Assembly (NCBI RefSeq): GCF_030144855.1
Contig: NC_082710.1
Coordinates: forward strand, 151,528,001-151,592,000
Direction: 5' to 3'
Length of the DNA stretch: 64,000 bases
Source: Hypanus sabinus
Taxonomy: Eukaryota
Under the pieces are notes generated by a model. That model was given only the letters and a program-made list of their open reading frames with translations, did not search any database and had not been told where the DNA came from. The translations under genes and the position numbers were made by a program. Shown here piece after piece: positions 50,561 through 63,154 of the stretch (its first letter is position 1; every line of letters begins with the position of its first letter).

Positions 50561-51657
50561 GACTTAAACTCCGAAACTTCATTTTCATTTTTAGAATCTT
50601 TTTTATTGAAACATAATCCTCTACAGCTATAAAAGGATACAAAACTTTAACAAGATGATAAATATGCAATTAATAAAGCTGAAAAAAAACTTAACAAAAA
50701 AGAATAATATATGATAGTGAAAAAATATTTTTATGTAAGAAAAGAAGGAAAAAAGGGAACCCCAACTTACTGAAAAAAGAAACCCCATTAACTACAAGAG
50801 AAATAAAAAGAAAAATAAAACAACAACAACATTAGGAATCACTGCTGGAGTAATACGACTTATCATCATCATATATATACACATATAATGTATCATCAAT
50901 CGCCAATTCATGTTTATATAAAATAAAATTGGAAGGAAACCATATGAAATAATTCATATTCGCTGATAATATTTGGCAAAAGAGCCTTATCTTCTCTCAG
51001 AATCAAATCAAGGATCAAAAGTTCTGCTTCTGATTTTGTTCCAAACTAAGGCATTAAATTACATGAGAAAACCACTGAATTAATATAGGGACAGAGGTAT
51101 CTTTCCATTAAAAAAATAGACCTGCTTGCCAACAATGTAACAAATACATATTGGTCTAAAGATTAAATACCATGAATATGATGAGGAACTATTCCAAATA
51201 GAACAGTTAATTAGGTTGTAAATTAATGTTCAAAGCTTTAGAAATTGTGGAAAATAAAGAGTTCCAACAAGAATTTAATGAAGGACATGACCAGAACATA
51301 TGAAACAAAGTGGCTACTTCAGTTTCACAACTATCACACTGATTGTCTATGTTAGGAAATATTTCAGTTAGTCTCTCCTTTGTTAGATAATAACGGTGAA
51401 CAATTTTAAATTGAATTAAACAGTGATTGGCACATATCGAAGAAGAATTGACCATTTTCTGAACTCGCAACAAATCTTCGTTAGCCAATGTCATATTAAG
51501 TTCTCTCTCCCAATCTTGTTTAATATTTAGTAAGAGCTTATTTTTTAGTAGTAAAAATAAATTATAAATTCTACCAAAATAATCTCTTACTAAAGGTTTC
51601 AATTTCATAGTAGTATCCAACAAATCAGATTTTTGCATATATGGAAACTTAGATAAG

Positions 51658-52644
51658 TGTCATACGTATGGTGTTGAATCAGGAGCCAAATGCAGGACAC
51701 AGACACTGGAGTCCCGGAAACAGAATGAGACGGAACCCAAGGACGGGACGGAATGCAGTCTAGGCAGAGGAAGCAGGACCAGGACGAGGGATTGGGAACA
51801 AGGACCCTGGGGTGGACTCAGAGCCCGAGACTGGACAAGGACCCAGAATTTGGGCCTTGTTTCGGGCTCGGACCCGCAAACCCAGGCGAGGACGTGACGA
51901 GCCTTCGCTAGAGACGGGGTCTTGAGACTTGGGTCGAGGCTTGAGGCTAGAGGCTGCGGGCTTGGGTCGAGGCTTGAGGCTAGAGGCTGCAGGCTTGGGT
52001 CGAGGCTTGAGGCTAGAGGCTGCAGGCTTGGATCGAGGCTTGAGGCTAGAGGCTGCAGGCTTGGATCGAGGCTAGGGACGAGGCTTGGCTGGAGGCTTGG
52101 GTCTTGAGTCTTGGCTAGAGACTGGGCTCTTGAGGCTTGATTGGAGGCTCGAGTATTGAGGCGGCTAGAGGCTGGAGTCTTGAGGCTTGGATAAAGGTTT
52201 GGGTCTTGAGCCTTGGCTAGATGCTGGGGTCTTGAGGCTTGGCTAGAGACTGGGCTCTTGAATAGAGGCTGGGCTCTTGCAGGCCTGGGTCGAGGCTTGA
52301 GGCTGAAGTCTGCAGGCTTGGAGCTTGGGGAACTCGGAGGCTGGAGCTAGGGGCAGACTAGGAACTATACATCAACATGGAGCCGGGACTTATCCTCCGA
52401 CAAGCCGGGACTCATCTTTGACGGGACACTGACATGAAACGGGACAGTACCCAAACATAGAGCCGGGACTTATCCACCGACAAGCCGGGACTCATCTATA
52501 AATCCACACCAAAGTGGAGCATGACCATCCGTCGGGCAACGGCAAAACGGCCTGACTTACCCCACGGAGGTGAGAACAAGGCAAGACAGATCCCCCCGCA
52601 GGGCAACGGCAGAATGGCCGGACTTACCCCACGGGGCGAAGACA
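51658..52644 (-). mobile_element. 5'-truncated LTR with minisatellite, inserted in L1 ORF2
   Basis: Minus-strand 3' end ...GTATGACA at 51658; shares ggggtaagtc(a/c)ggcc...tgccgtt motifs with 57023-58301. Confidence 0.75.
51925..52073. repeat. 33-bp tandem repeat, 4.5 copies (aggcttgggtcgaggcttgaggctagaggctgc)
   Basis: Units at 51925, 51958, 51991, 52024 and a partial at 52057; further degenerate GAGGCT arrays to ~52330. Confidence 0.95.
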
Positions 52645-55600
52645 GGAAGTTAAATGAAATTGTTTGAAAGCTTTTAATTCCAAATCAGTCCAAGCTGGTT
52701 TTTGGCTCTTGCCGAACCATAATCGTCGAATATTAACAGCCCAGTAGTACAATCTTAAATTAGGAAGTGCAAGTGCACCATTGTTTTTAGATTTTTGTAA
52801 ATGGTACTTATTAATTCTTGGTCTTTAACTACTCCAAATAAAGGACGAAATAATGCAGCAAATTTGATCATTGTTTAGTTTAGGTATATTTTGAATAACA
52901 TATAAAAATCCAGGTACAGTCATCATTTTCACGGCATGGATACGTCCTTTTAAAGAAAGTGTAAGTGGGTTCCATCTAGAAAATAGTTGTTTCGTGAATT
53001 CTGTTAAAGGAACTACATTAGCTTTAGAAAGATCTTTATATTTTTATTAATTATAATACCTAAAGATTTAAAAGAATTAACGATTCTAAATGGAATATCG
53101 TTTTATATATATATATATATATATTAAAGGAGCATTTAATGGAAACAATTCACTTTTATTTAAGTTAAGTTTATATCCTGAAAATTTTCCAAAATCGTTT
53201 AGTATTTTCAGAAGATTAGGAATAGATTCTTCAGGGTTCAAAATCGAAACCAAAAGTTCATCTGCATAAACAAAAATCTTATGTATAATCCCACTTATAG
53301 AAATACCATGAATATTTTTAGCTTCACGAAGTGCTATGGCCAGAGGCTCCAGTATAAGATTAGATAATAAAGGGCTTAATGGATATCCCTGTCTAGTACC
53401 TCGTGAACGTGAAAAAAGGACCTAAGATTATTTGCAATAAGAGTAGCTGTAGATTTCTTATAGATCATTTGAATCCATCCATTGGAATTATTACCAAAAA
53501 CAATTTAATACCTTAAACAGATATGTCCACTCAACTCTATCAAATGCCTTTTCTGCATCAAGAGTTATCACATATTGTGTTTTCTTAGATAGTGATGAAC
53601 ATATAATGTTCATCAGTCACCGACCATTGGAGAAAGAGTAACGGCCATTAATAAAGCCTGTTTGATCCATAGAAATAATTTTAGATAATATATTTTCAAC
53701 CGGTTAGCCGTTATCTTAGAGAGAATTTTGCTTCCACATTTCATAACCGAATGGGTCTATATGATGAACATTCCGTAGGATTTTTATCTATCTTAAGGAT
53801 TAAGGAAACAGAAGCTTCATAAATAGAAGACGGTAAATTAACTTTTTCAAAAGATTCACGAAATATTTCCAAAAGATGTGGAGAAAATAATTTTTCAATT
53901 TGTTTTGTAAAATCGAACCGAATAGCCATCAAGTCCAGGAGCTTTACCTGATTGCATTGACAACATAGCTTTCTGAATTTCATCCTCAGTAATTGGAGCA
54001 TCAAGCATCCGTTGATTTTCAACAATAATTTGGGGAAATTTAATCTTATGTAAAAAACATTCATTTTAGAGGAATTTGCAGGAAATTTAGATTTATAAGG
54101 ACCAGAATATAAATCCTGAAATATGTTATTAATGTCTTCATGGTTATTTACTAAATCCCCATTCTCATTACGAATCTTCAACATTTGTCTTGTAGCTCTA
54201 GCTGCCCTTAATTGGGAAGCTTAGACCTTATTATTCTTATCCACAGAAATGAAAAACTGACTTTTCAATTCAAGCAAATAACCTTCAATAGGATAAGTTA
54301 AGGATAATTTATATTGTGATTGTAATTCCACTCTTCTTGTAAACAAATCAATATATGGAGAGGTTACATTGATGTTATCTAAATCTTTAATTTGTTTAGA
54401 AATTTTATCCAATTCCATTCTTGTCTGTTTCTTCAGCTTAGCTATATACAAAATAATCTGACCAGGAAAATAAGCTTTTAATATATGTCAAATCTCTAAC
54501 TTTGAAACGTTTCTTGTATTATTAAAGAGAATAAAACTTTTTTATCTGAGTCTGAATAAACTCAACAAGTTCTGAACTTTCTAAAAAATGTTCTGGGAAG
54601 AGCCAAAGTGGTCTTGTAGAAGTAACATCTTTCAGTTCAAATGTTAAGGTTAAAGCAGCGTGATCAGAGATGACTATTGCATCATATTCACATTTCTGAA
54701 CTTCAAATAAAAGTCTAGTGTCGACAATAAAATAGTGTAACCTCGAATGTTTATTATGTAGATGTGAAAAGAAGGAATATTCTCTATCATGAGGATGAAC
54801 GTCTCCAAATTTAAATTAAGCCATGATCCGTTAAAAAGTAATTAGTAAGTGATGCAAAACGATTAGTGAATTGATGTTTGGATGAAGACTAATCCATTAA
54901 AGGATTTAAACAAGTATTAAAATCACCATCCATTAATAACATATATTCATTTAGATCAGCCATTAGAGCAAAAATCGCGTTAAAATGAGGGATCATCAAC
55001 ATTTGGTCCATATATATTAAACAAAACCATTTTCCTGTTGTAAATTGTTCCTTTAAGAATCAAAAATCCACCATTATTATCAGCTACAGTAACCTCCTGC
55101 TAAAAGGAATATTGGAATCAATAAAAAGAGAAAAACCTCTAATTTACTTTGAGAACTTGCATGGAACTGAGATTCTTTCCAAAATTAAAAAAAAAATCGA
55201 TTTTATCACATAATGTGATATGCATCGGTTGTGCAAAGATTATATCAGGTTGGAATCGGTTAATAGCTTTAAACATTTTCTTGCCCTTAGACTGATTCCA
55301 ACCACGAACATTCCAACTTAAAGCATTTAACTGTTTAAATATCATCATAAGCTTTCTATATATATATATATAAAGTAGTTAGACGCGTGTCAGGAAAAGG
55401 TAGTCGAAAATGGCGGAGATAATCAGCAATAACAATAATTTGCATATGCTCCTGAATTCCATAATGGGGATCAATAATAAGAAAAGAAAAAGGAAAAGAA
55501 AACACATCCAAACTACAAAGCCTCGAAATACGGCGATATCAATCGACACAAGCCCCAATGAATGCATAAAAAACAATTATAACCTTCACCTGCCTGAATA

Positions 55601-57022
55601 AAAGATAACAATGAAAAAAGTAATCTCTATCTCCTTTTTCCTGATATAGAGCTCATTACAGTCAATATACAGTTCATTATAACTAAGTTAAAAAGAACAG
55701 TATTTGACATGACCTTCAGTTTTGGACATAGCCTTCCTAATATTAGATAAGGAAAAAAAAAGCACGTGTAGAAAACAATCTTGAAATATTTGCTCAGAAG
55801 AGAAACAATCGCCATCTTTAAAATAACAAATCTATCTTTAAAGCGTAACGATACCCAGATAATTACTTAAAAGTTCTTTATAAATGCATATGAAGTGAAA
55901 AAGCAATTAAATCATTCAAATGCTGCAGAAAAAAAAAATCTAAATAGTTCAGAGTTATCTACTGTCTTTCGACAGTTCCCTTGCTATGACATTTGAGGAT
56001 AAAACTACTCAAGCTAGTCTTTTTCAAAGCAAAAAGAGCATTTTAAGGTCAAGACATTGTGCAGCCATCAAATCTTCCGATCTCATCGGTCCTTAAATCG
56101 CGAGACAATCCAACATTAATGAATCTTCAGGCTTCAGACTCATCAGGGAGAGAATTAACAAGACACAGTGTTTCAGCAGGGTCATCAAAAATACCAATCC
56201 TGAATTTTTGACGAAAAACCTTAATTTAGCTGGGTATTGAAGAGAAGAGTACAGCAGTTTTTCATAAGCCGTATGCATAACGGCGGCAAATCACGAAATT
56301 TTCTGAACAATTTCACGTGGAAAGTCTTCGGAGAAGCGAATTTCAGAGCTTTGAAATTGAAACAACCTTGTTTTCTAGCAAGCTTAATAATACGGTCTTC
56401 GTCTCTGAAATGAAGAAAACGCACAACCACATGTCGATTTTTACATTGACCCAAGTATTTTAAGGAGCCGTCTCTATAGGCCGGGGTTTTCAGCAAGCCT
56501 CCAGAAATAAAGATAGAAACATTTAAGTAAAATTATCAAGTGTGCTGGTGGATTCTGATTTCTCTTTTAAAATAACAATTCGAATATTGTTCCTACTGGT
56601 GGGAGCCTCCAAATCCACTATCCGTTGATCCGCCTTTTCCAAACGAGAATAAATATCAGCCGCATTTTGACGAACCTCTTTAAGATCAACTCTCAAAGAG
56701 TCAATTTTTTCCTTCCGGGGGAGAAATCTTTCTTTTCGTTGAGTTAGTTCAGCAGCAACATAGCTGACCTGAGACCCTAATCTATATACCCAGGGAGGCT
56801 CCTCTGAAGTCTTCTCAGCTTTCTTAGGCTTACTGTTACCAGCTTCAAGATTTCTTTTTCTTTGAGCTTCTGAGGTTAGACATCGTAATAACAGTCGCTC
56901 TATGGAATCCGACTGAATAAAGTTGAAATTTCGGAGTTTAAGTCGGAAAAGGGAGAGACTAAAGGCGGACAGAAAGAAACAGAGACTTACATGTCCACAA
57001 GCTGCAGGAGGAGTCCTGTCGG

Positions 57023-58301
57023 TGTCATGGTCTGGTCCACGAAGTCTACACTTCAGCTCACAGTCCGGTCCGTGGACTTGAAACGCTGGGTCTTTCGACA
57101 TTCCCTTGTCTCATTTGGGCTTAATCATTAGCACCTGATTCTCGTCTTGGGAACTGGTTTATGTAGCCCTGGGTTCGAGGGTGGTTGCTGGTTCGTCTTA
57201 TCAGCGTCCTGTACTTGTTTCTGTGGGGCTTCTATCGTCAGTATCGTGACATTGCTTCAGTGTGGGTTCGTCCCGTCGGTATCATGTTCTCGCCTCTGCG
57301 GGGTAAGTCAAGCCGTCCTTGCCGTTACCCAAAGGAGGGATCTGCCCCTTCCGGTCCTTGCCTCCATTGGGTAAGTCAGGCCATCTTTGCCATTAACGAG
57401 GCTGGATTGTCCCCTTTCTTCCCTCCGAAGCCCTGCCTGCAACCTACGACTGAAACACTGCCCTGCACCCTATGTCTGGAGCCTTGCCCTGCAACCTTGG
57501 TCTGGAACCTTGTCCTTCAACCTGGGTCTGGAGCCTTGCCCTGTAACCGGTGTTTGGAGTCTTGCCCTGCAACCGGTGTCTGGAGCCTCGCCTCGTCTCG
57601 CCGTAACTCCGCCTGGAGCCATGCCTCGCTTTGCCTTACATCTGCCTGGAGCCTTGAATCGCATCGCCTTGCATCTGCCTGGAGCTTTGCCTCGCCTGCT
57701 CTTGCCTCTGCGAGGAGCCTTGCTTCGCCTCGCCTCATCTCTGCATGGATCCTTGCCTTGCCTCGTCCTGCCTCGCCCTGGCTCTGCCTAGATCCTTGCC
57801 TCGCCCTGTTTGGAATTGTCTGTCCGTGTCCACGCCTTCGCTAGGTAGGTCCGGCCGTTTTGCCGCTACCTAGCGTTGGGAACTGTCTCGTCGTGTTCAG
57901 TGTTCTCTGTAATGAGTCCCGGCCCTACGTCCTGTACCCAAGGAGGGGATCCGGCTCGGTGTTCTCGTTCTTGTCTCTACGTCGACTCTATGTTCTGCGT
58001 TCCCGCTCTCCGTCGACCAAGGCTCTGTGCTCTCGTCTTGATGATGTGGCTCGCCCAGCCAAGGAGTACCCTGCCCAGCCCGGTGCTGGGATTCCCTCAT
58101 CCTGTCCAGGAGACTGACGTCTAGCCCTGTGCCACTGCTTCTCCTGTAGCCACGTCATGCCCTCTCCTGGTTCTGGAGTCCGAGCCCGAGTCAGGATCCA
58201 GGTCCTGGGTCCTTGTCTAGTCTCTGGCTCTGAGTCCAAGCCCAGGATCCAAGTTCCCAGTTCCATGCCCTGGTTCCGCTATGCTTGTCAAGCCCTAGAC
58301 A
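57023..58301 (+). mobile_element. LTR (~1.28 kb) with internal tandem repeats, same family as 51658-52644
   Basis: TGTCATGG...CTAGACA termini; gccctgcaacc..ggtctggagcct and gcctcgcc arrays at 57460-57840; no clean TSD. Confidence 0.75.
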
Positions 58302-58319
58302 AAGGCCAGATTCCTTCTC

Positions 58320-59010
58320 AAGACGTTCAAAAAAGCTGGATGAACTCAGCAGGTCGGACAGCATCCGTTGAAAGAAGCAGTCAACATTTCGGGTCGAGAC
58401 CCTTCATCAGGACTAAAGAAGGAGGGGGCAGGTGCCCTATAAGGAAGGTCGGGGGAGGGTGGAAAACCAATCAGAGGAAAGATCAAGGGGTGGGGGAGGG
58501 GAAGCAGGGAGAGGATAGGCAGCAGAGGTGAAGAAGGAATGTAAGGGGAAAGCACTATGGGTAGTAGAAGAAACCAAAGTCAGGAGACGTGATAGGTAGC
58601 TAGAAGAGGAGACAGAGTGAAGGTGAGATGGGGAAGGGAGAGAGAGGGAATTACCAGAAGTTGGAGAATTCGATGTTCATACCAAGGGGCTGGAGACTTC
58701 CCATACGGTATATGAGATGTTGTTCCTCCAACCTGAGTTTGGCCTTATCATGGCAGTCGAGGAGGCCATGTATGGATATATCCGAATGGGAATATGAAGG
58801 AGAGTTGAAGTGTGTGGCAACCGGGAGATCCTGTCTGTTGTGCAGGACGGATCGCAGGTGCTCGACGAAGCGGTCCCCCAGTCTGCGTCGGGTCTCGCCG
58901 ATGTAGAGGAGGCCACTCCGGGAGCACAGGATATGATAGATTACCCCAACAGACTCACAAGTGAAGTGTTGCCTCACCTTGATGAGGTGTAGAGACAGGT
59001 GTAGCACCTA
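58320..59010 (-). mobile_element. Penelope-like element 3' end with GIY-YIG endonuclease
   Basis: ORF 58651..59007 (VIYHILCSRSGLLYIGETRRRLGDRFVEHL...ATHFN...LEEQHLIYRMGSLQPLGMNIEF), then UTR and hammerhead-bearing tail. Confidence 0.93.
58379..58414 (-). ncRNA. Minimal type I hammerhead ribozyme motif in the Penelope tail
   Basis: Minus strand AGUC-CUGAUGA-A-GGGU(CUCG)ACCC-GAAAU-GUU-GACU: stem I AGUC/GACU, conserved core, stem II, NUH = GUU. Confidence 0.7.
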
Positions 59011-59014
59011 CGCT

Positions 59015-62000
59015 TGCAGGGATCGAGGCGACTGGCACCTGCAAACGTGGAGGATATGCGGCAGTATTTGTGTAAGTTAAAGGAAGGTGGGATCATCACT
59101 GAGTCCTGAAGCTGCTATGCGTCCTCAATAGAAGTGGCCCGGAAGAAGAACGGGAAGGTATGCATGTGTGTGGACTTCAGGACGCTGAACCGGCGTACCA
59201 TCCTTGACCAGTATACCGTCAGGGATGGTGCGCCAGTAGTTTAGTTGTCTGGGTTTGAGAAGTGGATATTACCAAATCCCGATGAGTGAGGGCGACAAAG
59301 AGAAGACGGCATTTATATGTCCCCTGGGATTTTTTCAGTTCGAAAGGATGCCCCAGGGTATATCGGGAGCTCCAGCAAATTTCCAGGTCATGAAGAAGAC
59401 AGTGGGGGATGTGAACTTGTTTGGGGTGTTGGTGTATTTGGATAAACTGATAGTATTTGAATCCACCCTGGAAGAACATGACGCGAGGCTACTGAAGGTG
59501 CTCAGCCGCCTGAAACGTGAATGGGTAAAATTTTCCCTGGACAAGTGCCAGTTCTGCAAAACGTCTGTTAGCTATGTGGGACACATTATCTCACGGGAAG
59601 GAGCATCTACAGTCCCGGCTAAGGTAGAAGTGGTGACCATTTGGCCAAGGCTCCAGAATGTGAGCGCTCTGCGTTCATTCCTTCGGTTCTCTGGTTATTA
59701 TCAGATATTCGTGAAAGGCTACGCCAAAGTGAGTCACCCTTTGAATCAGTTTCAGTGTGGTTACCCTCCCTTGGGGAAGAAATGGAGGGAAGAAAAAAAG
59801 GACAGGAAGGTGGAGAATATCCCAACCTATCGGAGCCCTTTGGACAGAGGTGGGATGAAAACGTGAGGAGGCTTTTCAGTCACTGAAGGAATTGCTGACC
59901 CAGGCACCGGTGCTGTCTTTGGCGGACCTTCGATTGCCATATGTACTGTACACAGATAGCAGCCGAGAGGGTTCAGGTGCTGTCCTGTATCAGGATCGGA
60001 GCACCATGTCGAGGCCTGCGGCGTTTGTTAGCCGAAGTCTGTCGCCCTCCGACAGAAACTTTCCCATGCACAATTTGGAATTTCTGGCATTGAAATGGGC
60101 TGTGGTGGATATGCTGAGTGGTTATCTCTACGGGGCCAAGTTGAGAAACATTCAAAATCTACAGCACAATACAGGTCCTTCGGCCCACAAGTTGAGCCGA
60201 ACATGTCCCAAGCTTTGCAATTACTAGGCTTACCTATAGCGCTCTATTTTTTCTAAGCTCCATGTACCTATCTAAAAGTCACTTAAATGTCCCTATCGTA
60301 TCCACCTCCACTACCGTTGCCGGCAGCACATTCCACACAATCACCACTCTCTCAATAAAAGGCTTACCCCTGACATCACCTCTATGCCTACCCTCCAGCA
60401 CCTTAAACCTGTGTCCTGTGGTGGCAATCATCTCAGCCCTGGGAACAAGCCTCTGTCTACCCACAAGAACAATGCCTCTCATCATCTTATACACCTCTAT
60501 CAGGTGACATCTCAGCTTTCATTGCGCCGAGGAGAAATAGCCGAATTTACTCAACTTATTCTCATCTCAATGCAGGCAACAGCCTTGTAAATTCCCTCTG
60601 CACACGTTCTATGGTTTACATAGCCTTCCCGTAGTGAGGCGACCAGAAGTGAGCACAGTACTCCAAAACCGGTCTGACGAGGGTCCTATATAGCTGCAAC
60701 ATTACATCTCAACCCTTAAATTCAATTCCGGGATTCAATTCCGCTTTCTTAACCACAGAGTCAACCTGCGTAGCTACTTTCAGCTTCCATTGGACTCGGA
60801 TCCCATGATCCCTATGATATTCCACACAGCCAAAAGTCTCACAATTAATACTGTATTCTGCCATCATATTTGATCTACCAAAATGAACCTACACACTGGG
60901 TCGAACTCCATTCACCACTTCTCTGCTCAGTTTAGCATCCTATCAATATCCCGCTGTAACCTCTGACTGCCCGCCACAGTATCCACAACACTTCCAACCT
61001 TTGTGTCATCAGCAAAATTACTAACCCATCCTTCCACTTCCTCATTCAGATCATTTATAAAAATCACAAAGAGTAAGGTTCCCAGAACAGATCCCTGATG
61101 AATCCCACTAGTGAGCAAATCCATGCAGAATATGACCCGTCTGCAACCATTATCTGCCTTCTGGGGTCAAGCCAGTTCTGGGTGAACAAAGCAATGACCA
61201 GTTGCATCCCATGCCTCATTACTTTTATCAATAAGCCTTGCATGGGGTACCTTATCAAAGACCTTGCTAAAATCCATATACACTTCATCTACTGCTCTTC
61301 CTTCATCAGTTTGTTTAGTCACATCCTTAAACAAATTAATCAGGCTTGTAAAGCACGACCAGCCCTTGACAAAGCCATGTTGACTATTCCTTGTCATATT
61401 ATACCACTCCAAATGTTCATAAATCCTGCCTGTCAGGATCTTCTCCATCAAGCTACTAACCACTGAAGACTCACTGGTTTATAGTTTCCTGGGCTACCTC
61501 TACTCCCTTTCTTGAATAAAGGAACAACATTCTGCAAACCTTCGGGTCCTTTCCCGTCCCCGCTGATGATGCAAATATCATCGCCAGAGAGCTTCAGCAA
61601 TTTCCTCCCTCGCCTTCCACAGAAGGCTGTAGTACATCTCATCCGGTCCCAGTGACTTATCCAACTTCATGCTTTTCAAAATATCCAGCACATCCTCTTT
61701 CTTAATATTTACATGCTCAAGCTTTTCATTTATGCTGAAAGTCATTACTACATCCACCACGATCCTTTTCATTAGTGAATACTGAAGTAAAATATTCATT
61801 ATTACCTCTGCTATTGCCTCCGGTTCGATAAACTCTTTCCCACTGTCACACTTTATAGGTGCTATTCTTTCACGTCTTATCCACTTTCTCTTCACATACT
61901 TGTAGAATGCCTTTTGGTTTCCTTTAATCCTGCCGGCCAAAGCCTTCGCATGACCCTTTCTGGCTCACCTAATTTCCTTTTAAATATCCTATTAGCCTTA

Positions 62001-62725
62001 TATTGTTCTAGATCTCTAATATTACCTAGATCTCTTTGAGGTGAGGACAGACAACGACCCCCAACTTATATCCTGAACTCAGCGAAACTGAATGTCACAG
62101 GGCATTGCTGAGAGACCGGTTTTGCCTGTCCCGAATGAAGTCGGAGGGTGAAGAATACTGCAAGTCGTGCATTCGCGGCATACGGCGGAAGACACTGCCT
62201 ATGCGGGCAGCTGCTTTGTCTCACTTGCAGAGTGTAGGGCCACTAGACCTGGTGTGTATGGATTTCCTGTGCATAGAAATGAATGTCAGCAAAACGGTGA
62301 ATGTCTTAGTAAACTGGGACCACTACACCAGATATGCTCAGGCTTTTCCAACCAAGGACCAGCGGGCGACTACGGTAGCAAAGGTGTTATGGGAGCAGTT
62401 GTTCGTTTATTATGGCCTTCCCAGGCGGATACATAATGACCAGGGACTGAACTTCGGGGGTTACTGGGCATGCGTTGAGATGAGATGTCGAGTACCACGG
62501 CCTATCTCCCGCAGAGCGATCCCCAGACAGAGAGGTGTAATCGTACTTTGTTAGACATACTCGGGACCCAGGAGATCAGTAAGAAGAGAAGGTGGAGTCA
62601 ATATATTGAGCATCCGATTCATTGTTACAAATTTACACGAAATGAAACTACTGGGTACTCCAAATATTATCTGATATTTGGGCGCAAGGCGGGGTTGCCA
62701 ATTGACCTTTATTTTGGGAAATGTT
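59015..62725 (+). mobile_element. Gypsy pol fragment (RT, RNase H, integrase), split by a CR1 insertion
   Basis: RKKNGKV.MCVDFRTLNRRT, SGYYQIPM...KTAFICPLGFFQFERMPQG, LVYLDKL, YTDSS...SRSL...LEFLALKWAV, GAK|FEVRTDN, integrase LVCMDFL...DHYTRYAQAFPTKDQ...IHNDQG. Confidence 0.93.
60146..62035 (-). mobile_element. CR1/L3 LINE inserted in the Gypsy RNase H
   Basis: CR1 ORFs 61578..61940, 61167..61463 and 60927..61124; TTGAG duplicated at 60141-60145 and 62036-62040. Confidence 0.9.
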
Positions 62726-62875
62726 AGCTTCTGCAAGAAAGATGGACTTTTGTGTCATAATTTTTCATTATTGTATCCACTTGCCCCTTTGTTGTGCTCC
62801 ATATTGAGTATGCATAAAAATATATTAACTGAGCTCAAGAACATTTCTGAAAACATAGCAACATTTTAATTTTGC

Positions 62876-63150
62876 TCAGCTAATTAAATGAGTAATCAGA
62901 AGCAGTGGGAATTTTAGTACATTCTGCATTTCATTCCTGAATTTTCTCAGGGTAACTGCATGAATAAACATATTTATACAAGAACTCATACACTTCAGCA
63001 TATAGTCAGACAATTCTTCAATCGTGAAAGGATCATTGTAAGTGGCTTGTAAAACCTGAGTATCTGTAAATTGCACTTGTATGTAGCATATTAAATTTTC
63101 TGCCCATAACAGTATGAAAGTACGAGAAATGTGATACGACGAACAGTTAT
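62876..63150 (-). pseudogene. Gene C remnant: TM6 to C-terminus of a third GPR139-like paralog
   Basis: SRTFILLWAENLICYIQVQFTDTQVLQATYNDPFTIEELSDYMLKCMSSCINMFIHAVTLRKFRNEMQNVLKFPLLLIT aligns with genes A/B; homology ends abruptly at CR1 sequence near 63155. Confidence 0.88.
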
Positions 63151-63154
63151 CCAC

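Larger units (their letters stand above)
50580..57020 (-). mobile_element. Near-full-length L1-clade LINE, degraded (5' UTR, ORF1, ORF2 EN-RT-C-terminal domain, A-rich 3' UTR)
   Basis: ORF1 SRNNIRIV and RHVVVRFLHFRDEDRII; ORF2 LSWNVRG (~55310), KAPGLDG (~53940), LDAEKAFDRVEW (~53540), RGTRQGYPLSP (~53390), YADE (~53270), CDSC...HMFWSC (ORF 51207..51638); AATAAA at 50602-50607. Confidence 0.92.

Noticed and set aside
51925-52073. Regular repeat array as possible CRISPR
   Set aside because: Head-to-tail units with no unique spacers, no cas genes, and a vertebrate context.
56523-57101. 192-aa ORF as a novel gene
   Set aside because: Chance chimera running from the antisense LTR through the L1 5' UTR into decayed ORF1 frames.
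57185-57844. 219-aa and overlapping Pro/Ala/Leu-rich ORFs (also 51922..52107, 16863..17099)
   Set aside because: Produced by stop-poor tandem repeats inside LTRs.
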